Source: Podarcis pityusensis (lineage: Eukaryota). Taken from it: DNA of 64,000 nt. Where the stretch lies: the NCBI GenBank assembly GCA_964106645.2, contig OZ067041.1, one strand, 5' to 3'. A program made the position numbers and the translations under genes. The stretch's first letter is position 1; each line of letters opens with the position of its first letter. Shown here piece by piece: positions 25,573 through 39,348 of the stretch. The notes beneath the pieces were generated by a model. It did no database searches and was not told the DNA's origin. It saw nothing but the letters and a program-made list of their open reading frames with translations.

Positions 25573-27063
25573 AGAAAAACTGGGACTTAGAGGGTATGAT
25601 AAATTTGTTCTGGCACACAGGTGAAGAACCCAGTGAACATTGAAAGAAAATGGCACAGGAATTATCTGCCGACAAAGCTCACCTAACACGAAAAGAAAAG
25701 GGTAATGCATTACCAAATGTCAACTCTTCGGTTCTGAACAGTATGCATTACAACAATAAAATGAGTATTCCATATAAAATTATCTTTGAAAGCTTAAGTT
25801 CTGCTAACCCCCATGAAACATGGTGAATACCTGCTTTCTGAAGTGTTTTGTTTTGATTGATACCAACAACAAAAGCTGCAGATATTGGAGCAGATTAGAC
25901 TGCAGATGTTATGTATTCTTATGGAGAACTGGCTTTTCAAAAATTACAGTTGGGAAGGTCTGGACAGTTTTCATTAGTTTTAGAAATTCTGAGAGCTGGT
26001 TCACAAGCGGAGCTTGTTGGTGCATTGTCTGTGCATAAGGAGAGACTGGAGTTAAGTCTGAGCACATCACCCTGATACGTATAGAGAATAAATTTGTCAC
26101 ACAAGGCCCAGACATATACAACCACATGTGCATGTAACCCAGTCATGTTGTTGTTATTCACATTTATTAGACACTTATTCCATCCAATGCCTTGAAGGCC
26201 CATCAAAAGATAGCATTTAGACAGCAGACATATCTCCTGTCAAAACCTCCCTCACTGAGAGGTATTGTATTTCTGCTTAATTAAATATTTCTCAGTTTGC
26301 ATATCTACCTATATATTAGTAAGGGTAAATTTTATGCAAATACAAGTGGCCACACTATTCCATTGTATTGATGGCATCTATCCCATGTTCTTATTCCTTG
26401 GCAAACACCTAATGAACCTACAATATTTGGGCAATGCTTGGAAAACTCATAAAGTCTGCATTTAACTGAGCTATCCGGCTGGAAACATGAGTGAACAGAA
26501 TTGGCAGCCCTGTCTCCAGTAGACTGCACAATGTTAGTTAAGATGCATGCCTCTCATTGAGTTTTATTACATGTATTAAACATTTACAGCTGATTTCTCT
26601 CTCACCAAACCACCTCCATTTCCTAAACTACATTGCCCAATATAAGCACAAGATGGCACTCTTTTACTGCCTTTCATCCGGGCTCACTCCACTCGTACAG
26701 GAACATTGCGCTCAAACAAAATCCCTTCAGAAGTGATAATGTTAGCTTTTCTGCTGAAAAGAACAGCAAATGGACTTCTCAGAGTTCAGAAGTCTTAGTG
26801 GGAAAATGCCAGATGAAGTGAAGGCTCATGAAGGCTCATTTTAGTATACAGAGAGAAAACTCCTCCCAAAGTAGAAGGGTAACAATGCAATTTTGTGCAC
26901 GTCTTCTCAGAAATAAGTCTCGCTTTGTTTAGTAGCACTTACTTAAGTGGGATGGTGGCCTGAACTGAATTACCTGAACTGCTTTGCTCTATTATTCAAG
27001 CAATGCACCCAGCATACGCAACATTAGAAACAAGCTGGCTTCGTTCAAAATCCACCACAGACA

Positions 27064-27408
27064 CAGACACTCCAATTGTCTCTATTTTCTAGGGACAGTC
27101 CCAGATTTACAGAAGCCATTCCTATTTCTGATTTGATCCTGGAATGTCCCGTTTTCCCTTAGGACATCCCTAATTTGATTGGAGAAATGTTGGAGGGTTA
27201 AGTGACCCCTGAGCCAGGGAGATACAACCTTTAGAAGACGTCTGAAGACAGTCCTGTATAGGGGATATGTTTAATATTTTATGTTTTATTCTCTTTTTAT
27301 ATATGTTGGAAGCCTCCCAGAATGGCTAGGGCAGCCCAATCAGATGGACGAGTTGTTGTTATTGTATAGGATATCTTTATTTTCATCAGAGAAATGTTGG
27401 AGAACATG
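27064..27408 (+). mobile_element. MITE-like element carrying an L2 3'-end fragment (copy 1)
   Basis: Ends CAGACACTCCAA and TTGGAGAACATG; inverted homologue at 28553-28900. Confidence 0.7.
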
Positions 27409-28244
27409 TCAACATCTGGGTTGACAGAACTTCTCAGGGAAAGCCAGGCCCCATTCCTGCCTTGGAGGGCCCTTTGGTCGGCTGCTTTCATAGCTGGCCT
27501 GCACCAACCAGGTCATCTGAGGGCCTGATGCCTTGGAACCCCCATTACCATGCCACAAGGTAAACATTGGAGCAAGTGCTACCAGGAAGGCAGTTTGCCA
27601 GTTGACAGCCTCTCTGTTGTCCTCACTTGTGTCCTCAGGGCAATGAATGAAGGGCAGGCCAGTCTGTTAGTAGCAGGTATGGTAGACAGAGTCCGAAGCC
27701 CTGTAACTGGCAAATGCCCACCCCACCCCTCCCCCCAGTCCCATCCTGGAATGCTGGACCTGGGAAAATGGGACTGTATGAATCATGCCCGCTTCTTAAG
27801 AACATAAGACAAACCCTGCTTGACCAGACTGAAGACCCATCTAGTTTTGTTCTCATGATGGCCAACCAGGTCCCTGTGGAAAGTTCTCACAAGCTTCCCA
27901 TAGGCATCACATTGGCCACTGTGGCTACTGACACATGACACCTATGGCCTCGACATACCCATCTGCTTTGATTTTGTGTCCTGGTTTTTTAAGGCTGGCC
28001 GCAATGGGAGCAGAACTGGTTGCTCAAGTCTCTGCTCCAACCTCCTACATAAAAGCATTGTAGTCACTCTACCTTGTTTTCGTCATTGCTTTTAGGTGTG
28101 TAGCTCTCTCTAGGTGAGAACACCGAGTGTGTCCTTTGGAAGGATGTGAGATAAGTTGTGCTTTGAAGAGGAATAAAGCACCATGAGAGGGAATCTAAAT
28201 CAAGTCAAGCTGAACCCTTTCACCAGGAAGGACCATACCAGATA

Positions 28245-28452
28245 CAGTGGTACCTTGGGTTAAGTACTTAATTCGTTCCGGATGTCTGTTCTTAACCTGA
28301 AACTGTTCTTAACCTGAAGCACCACTTTAGCGAATGGGGCTCCTGCTGCCGCCACGCCGCGGGGCCCGATTTCTGTTCTTATCCTTAAGCAAAGTTCTTA
28401 ACCTGAAGCAGTATTTCTGGGTTAGTGGAGTGTGTAAACCGAGGTACCACTG
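28245..28452 (-). mobile_element. Tigger-like MITE
   Basis: TIRs CAGTGGTACC / GGTACCACTG with a TA TSD; reverse orientation relative to 55138 and 57833. Confidence 0.85.
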
Positions 28453-28552
28453 TACAATTAAAAATAAAATAAAATTGAATAACCTCCTCATGTGCAGATG
28501 GTATGATTAAATGAACATCGTATTGTGTAGTTACATACAGGTGTCAACTCAG

Positions 28553-28900
28553 CATACTCTCCAACGTTTCTCCAATGAAAATAGGGATGTCCTGTTCCAT
28601 AATAATATTATTAATACTAATTTTACTGTTCCCTGCCCATCTGAGAGGGTTGCCCCAGCCACCCTGGGCAGCTTCCAACATAATATAAAGGCATAATAAA
28701 ACATTAAATAAAAACTTCCCTATACAGGGCTGTCTTCAGATGGCTCAGGGGTCGGATAACTCCATACCCTCCAATATTTCTCTGATGAAAATAGGGACGT
28801 CCTAAGGAAAAGCGGGGCATTCTGTGATCAAATTAGAAACCTGGACAGCTTCTGTAAATCTGGGACTGTCCCTGGAAAACAGGGACACTTGGAGGGTTTG
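28553..28900 (-). mobile_element. MITE-like element carrying an L2 3'-end fragment (copy 2)
   Basis: Ends CATACTCTCCAA and TTGGAGGGTTTG; internal GCCCATCTGA..GCCCCAGCCACCCTGGGCAGCTTCCAAC..AAAACTTCCCTATACAGGGCTGTCTTCAGATG matches the L2 tail. Confidence 0.72.
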
Positions 28901-29339
28901 CTTCAATAGTCCAAAGACAGTTGTACTGCTACACCATATATTTGCCCTCAGCCATAAGGCCAAGAAATTCACGGCTTCCCCATTGAACCAGGGATCTGGG
29001 CAGATTCGTAAAGGATAGGTCTAACTATGACTACTACCCATGTTGGTTATATGGAGCCTCTGTGTTCACAGGAAGTCTACTTTTCTGTGCTCTCCAATTA
29101 CACCATTGGGAGAGGAGCATTGCTTCTGAGCCCTGCTTGTGGACTTCCCAGAAGCATCTGATTGGTCACTGTAGGAAGCAGGATGTAGGTCCTAGATGCT
29201 TGGTGTGATGTGATGGCACTATTATGTTCTTGAGCTAATTTCCCACTGATTCAGTGAAGTGGGAAAGCTCCACTTTGCATTGTTAAAATATATGAGTGAG
29301 AATGCGTCAGAGCCAGGCCATTGTTGGGACTAATACATT

Positions 29340-29780
29340 AATTTTAAAACACTTTTATCATATATGTTGAAGATGCCAGAAGGCTATGGGCTTATGGCAA
29401 CGTGATGATTAAAGTTATATTTCAAACAGATTTAAACTGAGATTATCCCATCTGCCTACTAAATATTGTAAAACGCAGTCTTCTGGCGATCTATCAGCTA
29501 CACGTGTTATATATTCTTTCTATGGCTAGGATATTAAATGCCCAAACCTGGAAAGTTAAGCCAAAGAGTCCCATTAAGGTAGAATTAATATGAAAGTTGT
29601 GGAAACACCTTGGGGTTGTCAGAAACTTGCATAAAAGAGAATTAAAAATGAAAGGGTCATGGCAGCACCTTCACAACACTATAGCTGATCCATAGTCATT
29701 TAGAAAGTATAAGGGATATCATTATTTTAATACTCAACATGAGAGGAATGAATTGTATTGAATCTTAATACATTTTCTAC
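29340..29780 (+). mobile_element. Old LINE-1 ORF2 C-terminal remnant
   Basis: Decayed peptides FYHIC*RCQKAMGLW and SMARILNAQTWK resemble the L1 at 24815 (TAARILIAK*WK). Boundaries are approximate. Confidence 0.55.
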
Positions 29781-32700
29781 TAGTAATGTTGTTAATAGGA
29801 TAAAAATTGGAACCACGATTCCTTTCACCTCTGTAGATCTACATATTCTTGAAGTCTGACCACTGTTCAGTTCTGAAGTATTCAATTGACAACCACTTTC
29901 AAAGACAGTAGTGTGAAGTTGCCTCTCTCTCTCTCTTTTTCTTAACAATAGATGCTTGTATAATAACTGCCAATCATGACATGAGTTGGATTATTGCAAA
30001 CACTGGCCTGGCACACAGACCATGCACTTAATTCACTCAGATGCTGCCTATCACTATTTGGCAATCTACATCACAGCAAGTCTTAGGCAAGTCAAATGCA
30101 GTCTAATCCAAATTCACATTGGCACCTCTTGAATATTGTATGCATCTCAGCAAGATAAAGTGCATTTCCATGCCATTATGCGGTCCTTTTCAGGTTCCTT
30201 TTGACATTATTATAACAAATCCTTTTGTAATTCAAGGTATAGCGCAAAGAAAGACCTTGCAAAACTGTTCTTTCTAGCTATACAAATGCTTTGGCAAGTC
30301 CACATTTGAAAAGAACCCTGATTGCCAAAGCTATTCCTACTGTTCTGAGATTATGTGGCACTTTACTTGAGTTTGGAAAGATGGACTCTGAACTTTAAAG
30401 TCTGCTTTTACAGACAAAGGAAGATTTCTGTAGATGTGCAGAAGAGAAAGGGACTGTGTCTCTAGCTTTGATTACAGATAATTCTGGAACTATTTATCTC
30501 AGAGATAATGGCTTTCATCCTAGCCAAATCACCAGATGAACCCTTTTATGTTTCTCTTACATAAATGACTAGTTGCCGTTCACTGATATGAAGAGGAAGT
30601 AGGGATATTGCAATGGGAGCAATGCCTGGCCTGGACTCTACTAATAGGGACGCCATTGAGTGAGTTCAAGATGTAAAGAGAGACACTCTTTCCACCTGCA
30701 CACCCCATCATCATAATATGAGCATCACATGTACAACATGTCAATATAATGGCCCAGCCCCCTTAGTGCTCTGATACCTGCATTGGCCCTTCTATCCCAA
30801 AGGAGACATTGGATTGTCTGAACCCACTGTCATGGTCTCAACTTGGGGGGAGTAACTTAAAATGGTTGCTGTGACCAGCACAGTGCTTTGCTTTCTGATG
30901 TTCTATCACTTCTTCCATTCTTTTTCTGCTTTTTGAAACATACTGTTTGCCTGTTCTTTGTTTTTGTTTTTATTGCATCTCTGAAGTTGCATAAACCACC
31001 CTGGGGATTTGTTTGAAAGGCAGGGTGGAAATCTCTATAATACTTAATTGGAAGAAGGCACCAAATTAGTTTCGATTGCGCTTCGGTTCATGGAAAATTA
31101 TGTCCACTCGCCAGTATGTAGTATTACATGACTAATACAAAGCTCCTGTTAACAAGATGCGGTGAGATGGGCTGGGCTGGGGAGCAACACAAGTCACTCA
31201 CATGCTGTGCAAAGAGCATGCATTGCAATGGAGCATGTGGAAATCTCGAGCCTTTGAGAAGTACATTTCACCATAAATTATCCTGTAATTGCTTGGCAAC
31301 CATTACACTAGCATAATATGTTATTTACAGATATAGTCAAAATTATAATTGTGTCTAAAGTACAGGCAGCTAAATCGGTAACTGAATGATTCATTCCTTA
31401 AATGCTTCAAGGCAACTCCAGGTGGCAAATATACCTGGAGCTGTATGGAAAGTCATTAGTATTTACCAGCAAGTCATTGCCAAGAAGTTGCCAACCTCTG
31501 GTCTTGTGTACGATGAGATGGTAAATGTGATAAGACACTTGCTGAAAACCCCAAGACAGATTTCCAATTACTTTCCATTAGTCAGATGGTGAGATGGAGG
31601 TTCTTTCCCCATCCTGCTTCACAGCAGTGACGGTTCACATGAGTTTTGGGGCATAGCGGCTGTGTTAAATTTGAGGATATGGCAGCCCCTGGGCCAGGGT
31701 TAGCCAATGTGGTGCCCTCTAAATGTTGGTGAACTATAGGATCCATCATCCCTGACCGTTTGCCATGCCAGCTGTGGCTGATAGGAGTTGGAGTCCAACA
31801 ACAGGGCACCACATTGGCTAAACCTGCCCTAGACACCTGGCACGCTGGCTGCATAAAACATCATCATCACCATCATCATGTATTATTTATACCCTGCCCA
31901 TCTGGCTGAGTTTCCCCAGCCACTCTGGGCGACTCCCAATCAAATGTTAAAAACAATACAGCATTAACATACAATTATTTGTGTTCTGTGAGCTGCTATC
32001 TTTTCATAACAGCACAACAGGCTATGATTTTAACTTTTGTTACACTCATTCAACCACAACTCTGCAATCCCTGACTCTAGCTCCAAAGTATACTAAGAAA
32101 GTTATATATCTATCCTGTAACTATCTTCTTGTTTTTTGAGAAAGCTGCATTTTGATCCAATTTTCCCCAAACCAGGTTTGTTCCAAATGGAGAGAAAGAA
32201 TGACCTAGCAGTGTTTTAGGTAATGCATACACATTACTTTCAGCTGAAAGTAGTGACATGGAGTTTTGATACACCATTTGTCTTTTCTCTGTGACAAGGC
32301 GGTTCTGGAGATCATAGTTGATGACTATCTCTGACAAGTCAGTTGCATTGTAAACACAATATTTTTGACACCTATCTCTCTGGGAAGCAATACCACTACA
32401 TTCATAATTAACATTCAAATATGTAAAACAGCTTAAGGGAAACAAATGGGGTTTGCTGTACCATTAACCTTAGCAAAGATTTATTTCCTGGAACTAATGC
32501 TTGAATTATATTTTTGATCAAAGAACTTTACCAACATCAATTCCTGTCTGTATCTCTTTTTCAGAAATCCATTGGTCTGGCTGGTTTTTGTCAGTTTGTT
32601 CATTGTCCTTCTTGGCTGGCATAGCTTAATCTGTTCAGGGTTAGTGCGTGGGGTATTTACACTGAAACTCAGATAATTGCAAACTTTTTTTGAAGACAAT

Positions 32701-33996
32701 GGTTGATGTGTACCTTAATGCTCCACACTGATTTCCATTTCAATTGTCTCCAAATAAAAACAAGGCATGACTGACATACTAAGATAATTCACAGTATCTG
32801 TTGAGAATTACTAATGGGTGCAGACCATTTACACCACACTGAAAGCTATGACAAAATTCCCATTAGGGAAAACCCATTGGGAAGTTTCCTGTGTGAACTC
32901 TATTTAAACTAATAGACCTGAGCAAAAGAATTCCATTGAACATTGTGTGTTGTTGAACAACTCCCACTCACTCTGATTTCGCATCAATTAGAGTGTGATG
33001 AAGGTTGAACCACCTATTAGTTCTCAACAGGTGCTGTGAAGTCACCTGATATATCAGCACACCTTGCTTTCATTTGGAGACAAGTTAAACTGGGTGATCA
33101 TGGTTTAATTAAAAGATCAGCAGTGCTTCCTTGGGTGTATTACAGATGTAGATCGCTAGAGTATCCCAGCTGCAAACTGGATCCCAGAACTACTAGTCTT
33201 TTGTTTCAATTAAAAAAAGATAAAACAAATTGGCCACGGGGAACAAACCCCTTTGCTGCCAGCGTTTCAAAATACCTATACAAATGGATGTACTTCAACC
33301 ATTTCTCCCAGGTGCTATTTCTGCCATAATCTCCTCTGAGTAAGAGAACATTTCGTTTTAACATACAGAAACCAGAGTATGAGTCACTGCCTCTGCACTT
33401 CCAAAGCATTTGATATCCTTATGAATGTACCGTGGTTGCAAACACATCCTTATTTCCAGCTCTACCAAGTGCAATTACTCAATACTGCAACATAAACATA
33501 TCCTCATTTTTGTTTTGTTTTTAATGGGAATGTCTGTTTGTATGTCTTGTCTTGTCTTAGCCATGAAACAGGATAGGCTAAAAGCATATCCACACAGGGA
33601 TGGAAAACACGTAGCTCTCAGGTGTTACTGGATTCTAACAACTCCCATCAGGGGTCCCAACTTGAATAAAATATTGAGGAGACACAGGTAAGCCACACCT
33701 CACCACAAGATGTGGCACGCACACGCACACTCACTCACACACACACATACTGTGTGAATGGCAATGCCCATCAGTTTTGGGGGGCCAGCCTCCTCAAATG
33801 TTTTATGAGCACAATGACTCCAGCCCCTAGGAGTTGACTCCTATGACTCTCATCATCCTCGGTCAACATGGCCAAGAGTCAGGAGCAATGGGCATTGTAA
33901 TCCAGCAACATCTAGAGGGCCACAGGTTCCCCTTGCCAGACTAGTCAATATATTGCTTTCTTTTCTCCAGTAACTATGCCAGGGCCAACCATTGTT

Positions 33997-34292
33997 CAGC
34001 CCGGACACTGAGATCAAGCGCCGAGGGCCTTCTGGCGGTTCCCTCATTGCGAGAAGTGAGGTTACAGGGAACCAGACAGAGGGCCTTCTCGGAAGTGGCA
34101 CCCGCCCTGTGGAACGCCCTCCCTTCAGATGTGAAGGAAATAAGCAGCTATCTTCTCTTTAAAAGACATCTGAAGGCAGCCCTGTTTAGGGAAGTTTTTA
34201 ATATTTAATGCAGTATTGTTTTTAACACTTGATTGGAAGCTGCCCAGAGTGGCTGGGGAAACTCAGCCAGATGGGCGGGGTATAAATAATAA

Positions 34293-34336
<44 letters not shown>

Positions 34337-34350
34337 TATTATTATTATTA
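33997..34350 (+). mobile_element. L2-type LINE 3' end with a long (TTA)n tail
   Basis: Encodes a terminal RT-like peptide (GTRQRAFS..APALWNALP), then the 3'UTR and a microsatellite tail. Short copies lie near 3810, 31860 and 56230. Confidence 0.8.
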
Positions 34351-34365
34351 CCTCTTCTTTTACTC

Positions 34366-34915
34366 TGTCATGAACTGGCAAGAAAACGGGGAGGAGGATT
34401 CCGGTGAGGAGTGTAGCTGCGATTGGGGCCCACCGGGGCAAGCTGGGGGTGGAAAAGGAGAGGTTGGGGTTGCAGGAAGTACACAAGAGGTGATGGAGGA
34501 CAGCAAGGGGATGGAGGGTCAGTGTGCAGGGACCAGAAGAGCAGGACCCATAATCAGAGCCAGGGAGGCCCCTGTCTCCACAAACAAGGATGTCCCTGAA
34601 GCATAGGAGGAGGTATGCTCTGGGAGGCTGAGTCAGGCAAAGGCCCACAGCCCAGGTGGGTCTTGTTAGGTTAGCTCAGAGAGGAGGTATGTGATTCCTC
34701 AGCTTGATTAGACTTAGTACAGGTGAGGGTCACATGCCTCATCAAGCCCAGATGCTACAATCAAGACTCAAGAGAGGGAAGGAGAGTAGAGCTGAGATGT
34801 TGTGTCTGCTCAGCTGCCCATATTGATGGACCTCAGCTTGGATGCTCCAGAACCTCTACAGGACTGTGCTTCAGGTTTGACTCTGGACTGTGTTTCCTGA
34901 CTGCTGGACTTGACA
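34366..34915. mobile_element. Solo LTR, probably Gypsy-type
   Basis: 550 bp bounded by TGTCA...TGACA with flanks TACTC/TACTG (5-bp TSD, one mismatch). Confidence 0.7.
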
Positions 34916-37900
34916 TACTGTGTACGCCAGTGGGACTTTCTTCCAGATAGGCCAGGGGTTCCGGACATATTCATGTTCCTCTCTATTCATTTATTCACCC
35001 AATCTGGTCTCCCTTTTTTTGCTGTTGCCAGCATTTACCTTTCACTCAAATCCAGATTCATCTCAATTGTACTGTCTGTCCTCTTGCTACCACTTCCTTC
35101 TACCTCGATGCCAGGTTGTTCTTAAGGAGCTGATAAGGCAGTTTCACGCAGGGCTGTACACCTACAGGTGTACAGGCTACCAGAAGCTGATGGCATTGTT
35201 TCACCAATGCTGTTGTCCCATTTGTCCTGTAGATGAGCATGTCTCAAGTGTCAATCAACACAACCAGGAAAAATGGGACAACAATGGCAGCCATCACTTG
35301 AGACTATCCATTGTGAGTGAGTATCGATTGTGCCTGTTACTTGAGGTAAAAAGGTTCTACCGAGTCAACCTTTCCCTAGAATTAGAGCACTAGGATGGAT
35401 CTCATTACAATATTCCTCCAAAGGCTTTCAAGAGGCCCACTGCTGTCTTTCTTTAATGTAAAAACATGTTGTTAGTTAGGACAGGAGCATTGTGCATTGT
35501 GCTGTTTCCCGACAAAGCCTTTTTAATATCGGAAACTTTATGAGAAAGAACATGTCGGGTGTGCGTGTGGGAGAGAGTTAGTAATTTGGAGCAAGTGTCT
35601 CATTAAAGCCTCGATAAACGCCGCGTAAAATGTACACCTTAATGATTCCCCCAGATTCTCTGGTTCCCGTTTGTTTGGTTTCCCACAGGACATACTCAGT
35701 TTTTCACAAGCACATTGTGATATGGCCTGATTTCTGAGGCAGTTCTGGAAAGGCACTCCTTTAAGTCAATCTCTTGATATATTCACAGACTTAAGAGTTC
35801 GAGGGCCTGACCGCACTTTACATTAAATGCACAGGCATAAAACTCTGTGGGCCTTTTTACAAAATGTAATGATACTAAGAGCGCAGTGTGTGAGAGAGAA
35901 AGTGTGATTTTCATCAGGACTGCAGCACAAGGGGTGACTTAACTCTTCTCTCCTCAGCTGTAATCCTACAAAAAAACCTCTGCTCCACCTTTTATCAGTC
36001 AAACTTTGGTGGTAAACTTCCCATTGGTGCCAGTGGCATTTTTAGTTTCTGAAGACTTATGGGGGGGGACAGTGATGTGGGTCAGAAACTTTTCTGGAAT
36101 TTCTTTTTTCATTACTTCATTTTCAATTGATCCCACCTGCTTCATATTGTAATAATAATTGGATGTCAACTGCAGATCCCATATTAGACCGTCTGATTTT
36201 CCATTGTTGTTTTGCTTGAATTTAGGAAATCACTTTAAAAGCTTCTAGCTTTCCTAAATTCAAGCAAAATTAGATTATTATCTAGGACTAGGGCATCAGA
36301 AAATGTTCTGAGGAAACCTACCTACACCAGAGGTATGCCTAAGACAGGTCTTCGGCCCCCTCTACCTGGATTTTGGAGCTCTTCTCAGCCCACATCCTAA
36401 TTTCAAGTTTACATCTTGTATCCCCAGCCTATACATCCCGTGGGTGATAGAGAAAAGTGCCCAATTCAAGAAGCACTGAAAGAAACCAATGGCATGCATC
36501 AGTTGACTGGGAATTAGAAGATGGTCATTTCTTCCCTAGAATGCACAGACCTTTCTGTTGTCTTCTTCATCCCCTCACAAAAAAGCACTCAAAACAATAT
36601 TATTGAATTACATAAAAGACTGCCGTGGAAAGGAATTTTAGATTGCACAGATGAGCCTGAGGGAAAATAAACCAAGACCATGCCAATCTAACATTGCCAA
36701 ACAGCAGAATTCTGAGCATTCCTAAGGGGATAATCTCACAGATCTGCCAGAGCTGGCTTTGGAATACTTGCTGTCATTGCCCTCAAGGACCAGAGATCAT
36801 GACATCCCCCATTCCCCAAAGGAACAGGAATCCATATACTCTTCAAGCAGAGGGCTAGAGCAAGAGAGGGAGAGTGACTTCACCCTTGGTAGGTCGAGGT
36901 TTACAGCTCCAGTAGTGGATTTTGGGCTTTCACATTTCAGCAGTGCCCTGTGCAACATTAAAATTCAGCACCCCCTTGCCTCTTGCGCTCCATTCTGCAG
37001 CATTGTTGTGGCGCCCCCTGCAGCACGGTACCCGTACTGGTGTGCCACCTTAAAACCACCTCTGATGGCACAGTGGCAGCTAGGCCATGTTGTTTGTTTG
37101 GTGGCAGAGCAAAAGTTCCCAGGTTCAGTTCCTGGCAACTTCAGGTAAGAATGGGAAAGCTACCCACCTCCCGAAACTTTGGAGAGCAGCCACAAGTCAA
37201 CACTGAGATAGATCAATGGCTTGGCTTAATATGAGGCAGCGATCTGTGTTTTGCTCCTGATATAACAACTTTTGCCAACCTCAGCCTCTCTACTGCCACT
37301 TAAATGTTTTGATTTCTCTACCTGTTGCTTGAAGCCTAAAGCCTTTTTGGGCTTCAGGTGAGAGAGCAGTGAGTTAGGTATTCATATATTTCTCCCCTCC
37401 CTTCCCCAATAGGGTTATTGTAGACCTTTGGGGCTGTATTCAAAGCCAGTCCAAGTCAGCATAGACCTCTTGAAACGAGTGAACACAACAAAGGGCCCAT
37501 CCATACTCTTGCTTGACCCATATTTAATTGGCTTCTGCACCGATTAATTCCCTGTGTTCAAGAGCTTTTCATGATGTTCTGTGGCTGTGCCAGAGGTTTC
37601 CGGTTAAAATCTGATCGTGCCAAGTGTGTGGGAAAGCTGAAGAGAGATTTGACCCACTTGATACGCTGATTTTAGAAGGGCTTGAGAACAGCTTTCTTTG
37701 AAGTTTCCCTGTATCTGCAGGCATGGGCAATTTCCTCCCATCCCCCTTCCTTCCTTTCCATACAGCCCACCCTCACCAGTTTTTAAGTAGTTTGCAACTG
37801 TTGAACTGCTCACTTCCAGTTATTGCCTGGTTTGGAGCCAGGATTTCCCCCTCTTTTTCCAAATGATCTCTACATAATCATAAAGCCTGCGCTCTAAAAA

Positions 37901-39348
37901 AATTAAAGGGTCCAGTGTCTCCAGAGAATGGAAAGGGAAAAGAGAAGGAGAAGGAAGGGGCAATGAGCCCAAAATCCCAGAGCACCCTTAGCAAATGCCT
38001 CTTAATGACAGAGGGGGAGAGTCCTGGAAACCAAGAACATCCTTGGCAACCTCTTTTAGGAAGAGCGTCTCTGAATAATGAAAGACATACCAGATGTATG
38101 TAAAATCTGAAGCGATTTAAACTTTGAGACAGCCCTTTCTGTGTTTTATGAGTTTTTGTGTTTTGTCTCTTTTGTATGGAATGCTTTTATCTTGTAAGCT
38201 GCCCTGGGTTGTTTATTTTACACTAGAAGGGTAGCATATAAATATGCGAATAAACATAAGTTTAACCTTTCCTCGTATCCCACTAAAATACAGACTCCTT
38301 AAGGGAAAAACAAGAGCTTAGTGTAAAACAAAACAAAAAAAAGGAACCCCGCTGCCAACTCTCAGGAATTAGGTTTCATAACAGCAGCAAGGCATCACAA
38401 GAGAGAGATTAGATTTGGTTTTAAGGCCATGACTGACTTTTAATATTAGAAGCATTTATTACCGAGCATAATACTTATGGTTGACAGGCATCCAATCTCC
38501 TTGTAACCCAACAATGAGGCTTTCACATTCTGAGAGTTAAAAAGTGGTCTTTGAAAAGTAGGGCTTGGAATTTACAGTAGAGAGGAGGGGTGGAAAAATG
38601 CTAGTTATATCAGCCATCATTTCCCAGAGCCATTTTCTTCAGGGCCCCTGGAGTTATTAGGACAGTTCTTATGGCTGCTTCCTATATTAAAACTAAAGTT
38701 CATATAAAAGCACGAGTGACTCTTTTGTTAGGTCAACAGCAGGGATGGAAGAGAAATCGGCCGCAAGCAGACTGAGCACAGAACTAGCCTGTAGTTAACT
38801 TGTTTGCTGTCGTTGTGAAGTGGTAGTCTTTGCAGCAACTTTCTGCGGGTTTCCCCAATACGGGATTCCACCCTCCCAATAATTTTGTGAATATTGTGAC
38901 ATCTGACACAATTTGGTCAGCTACCATAATCATCAGCATTTGATCTTGGGAAATGGTTTTCAGAACAATGAAACATAATAAAAGTGATTAGATGTATGCA
39001 CAAGTCTTCACATTTGAATACCTTTTCCAGGATTATTCCGGTAGGCTTTTCCCGTGTCATTTTAGGAAGAAGCATGCAAGGTTAGCCCAGGATGTTTTGC
39101 CGCTTGAGGCAAAACAGGAAATGCCCCCTTGGCTACCTCTTCCTATTCTTTGAACCCTGTTTAAGTAACAGAGGAGTGTTAAAAAAAACTCAAGATCTGT
39201 ATTTTTACAGGTGATATGGGGTTGGGTGGAGCTGTTAATAAACATACCTAGAACTAGATGAAGGATGAAATAGAAATTAAAAGTCAGTTACATTTTTCTG
39301 TTGGTTCAGTGTGCAAATTCAGCATGAACTTGTGTTCAATAGGGTTTA

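Noticed and set aside
34205-34648. Poly-Ile and poly-Leu membrane-like ORFs
   Set aside because: They are translations of the (TTA)n L2 tail.
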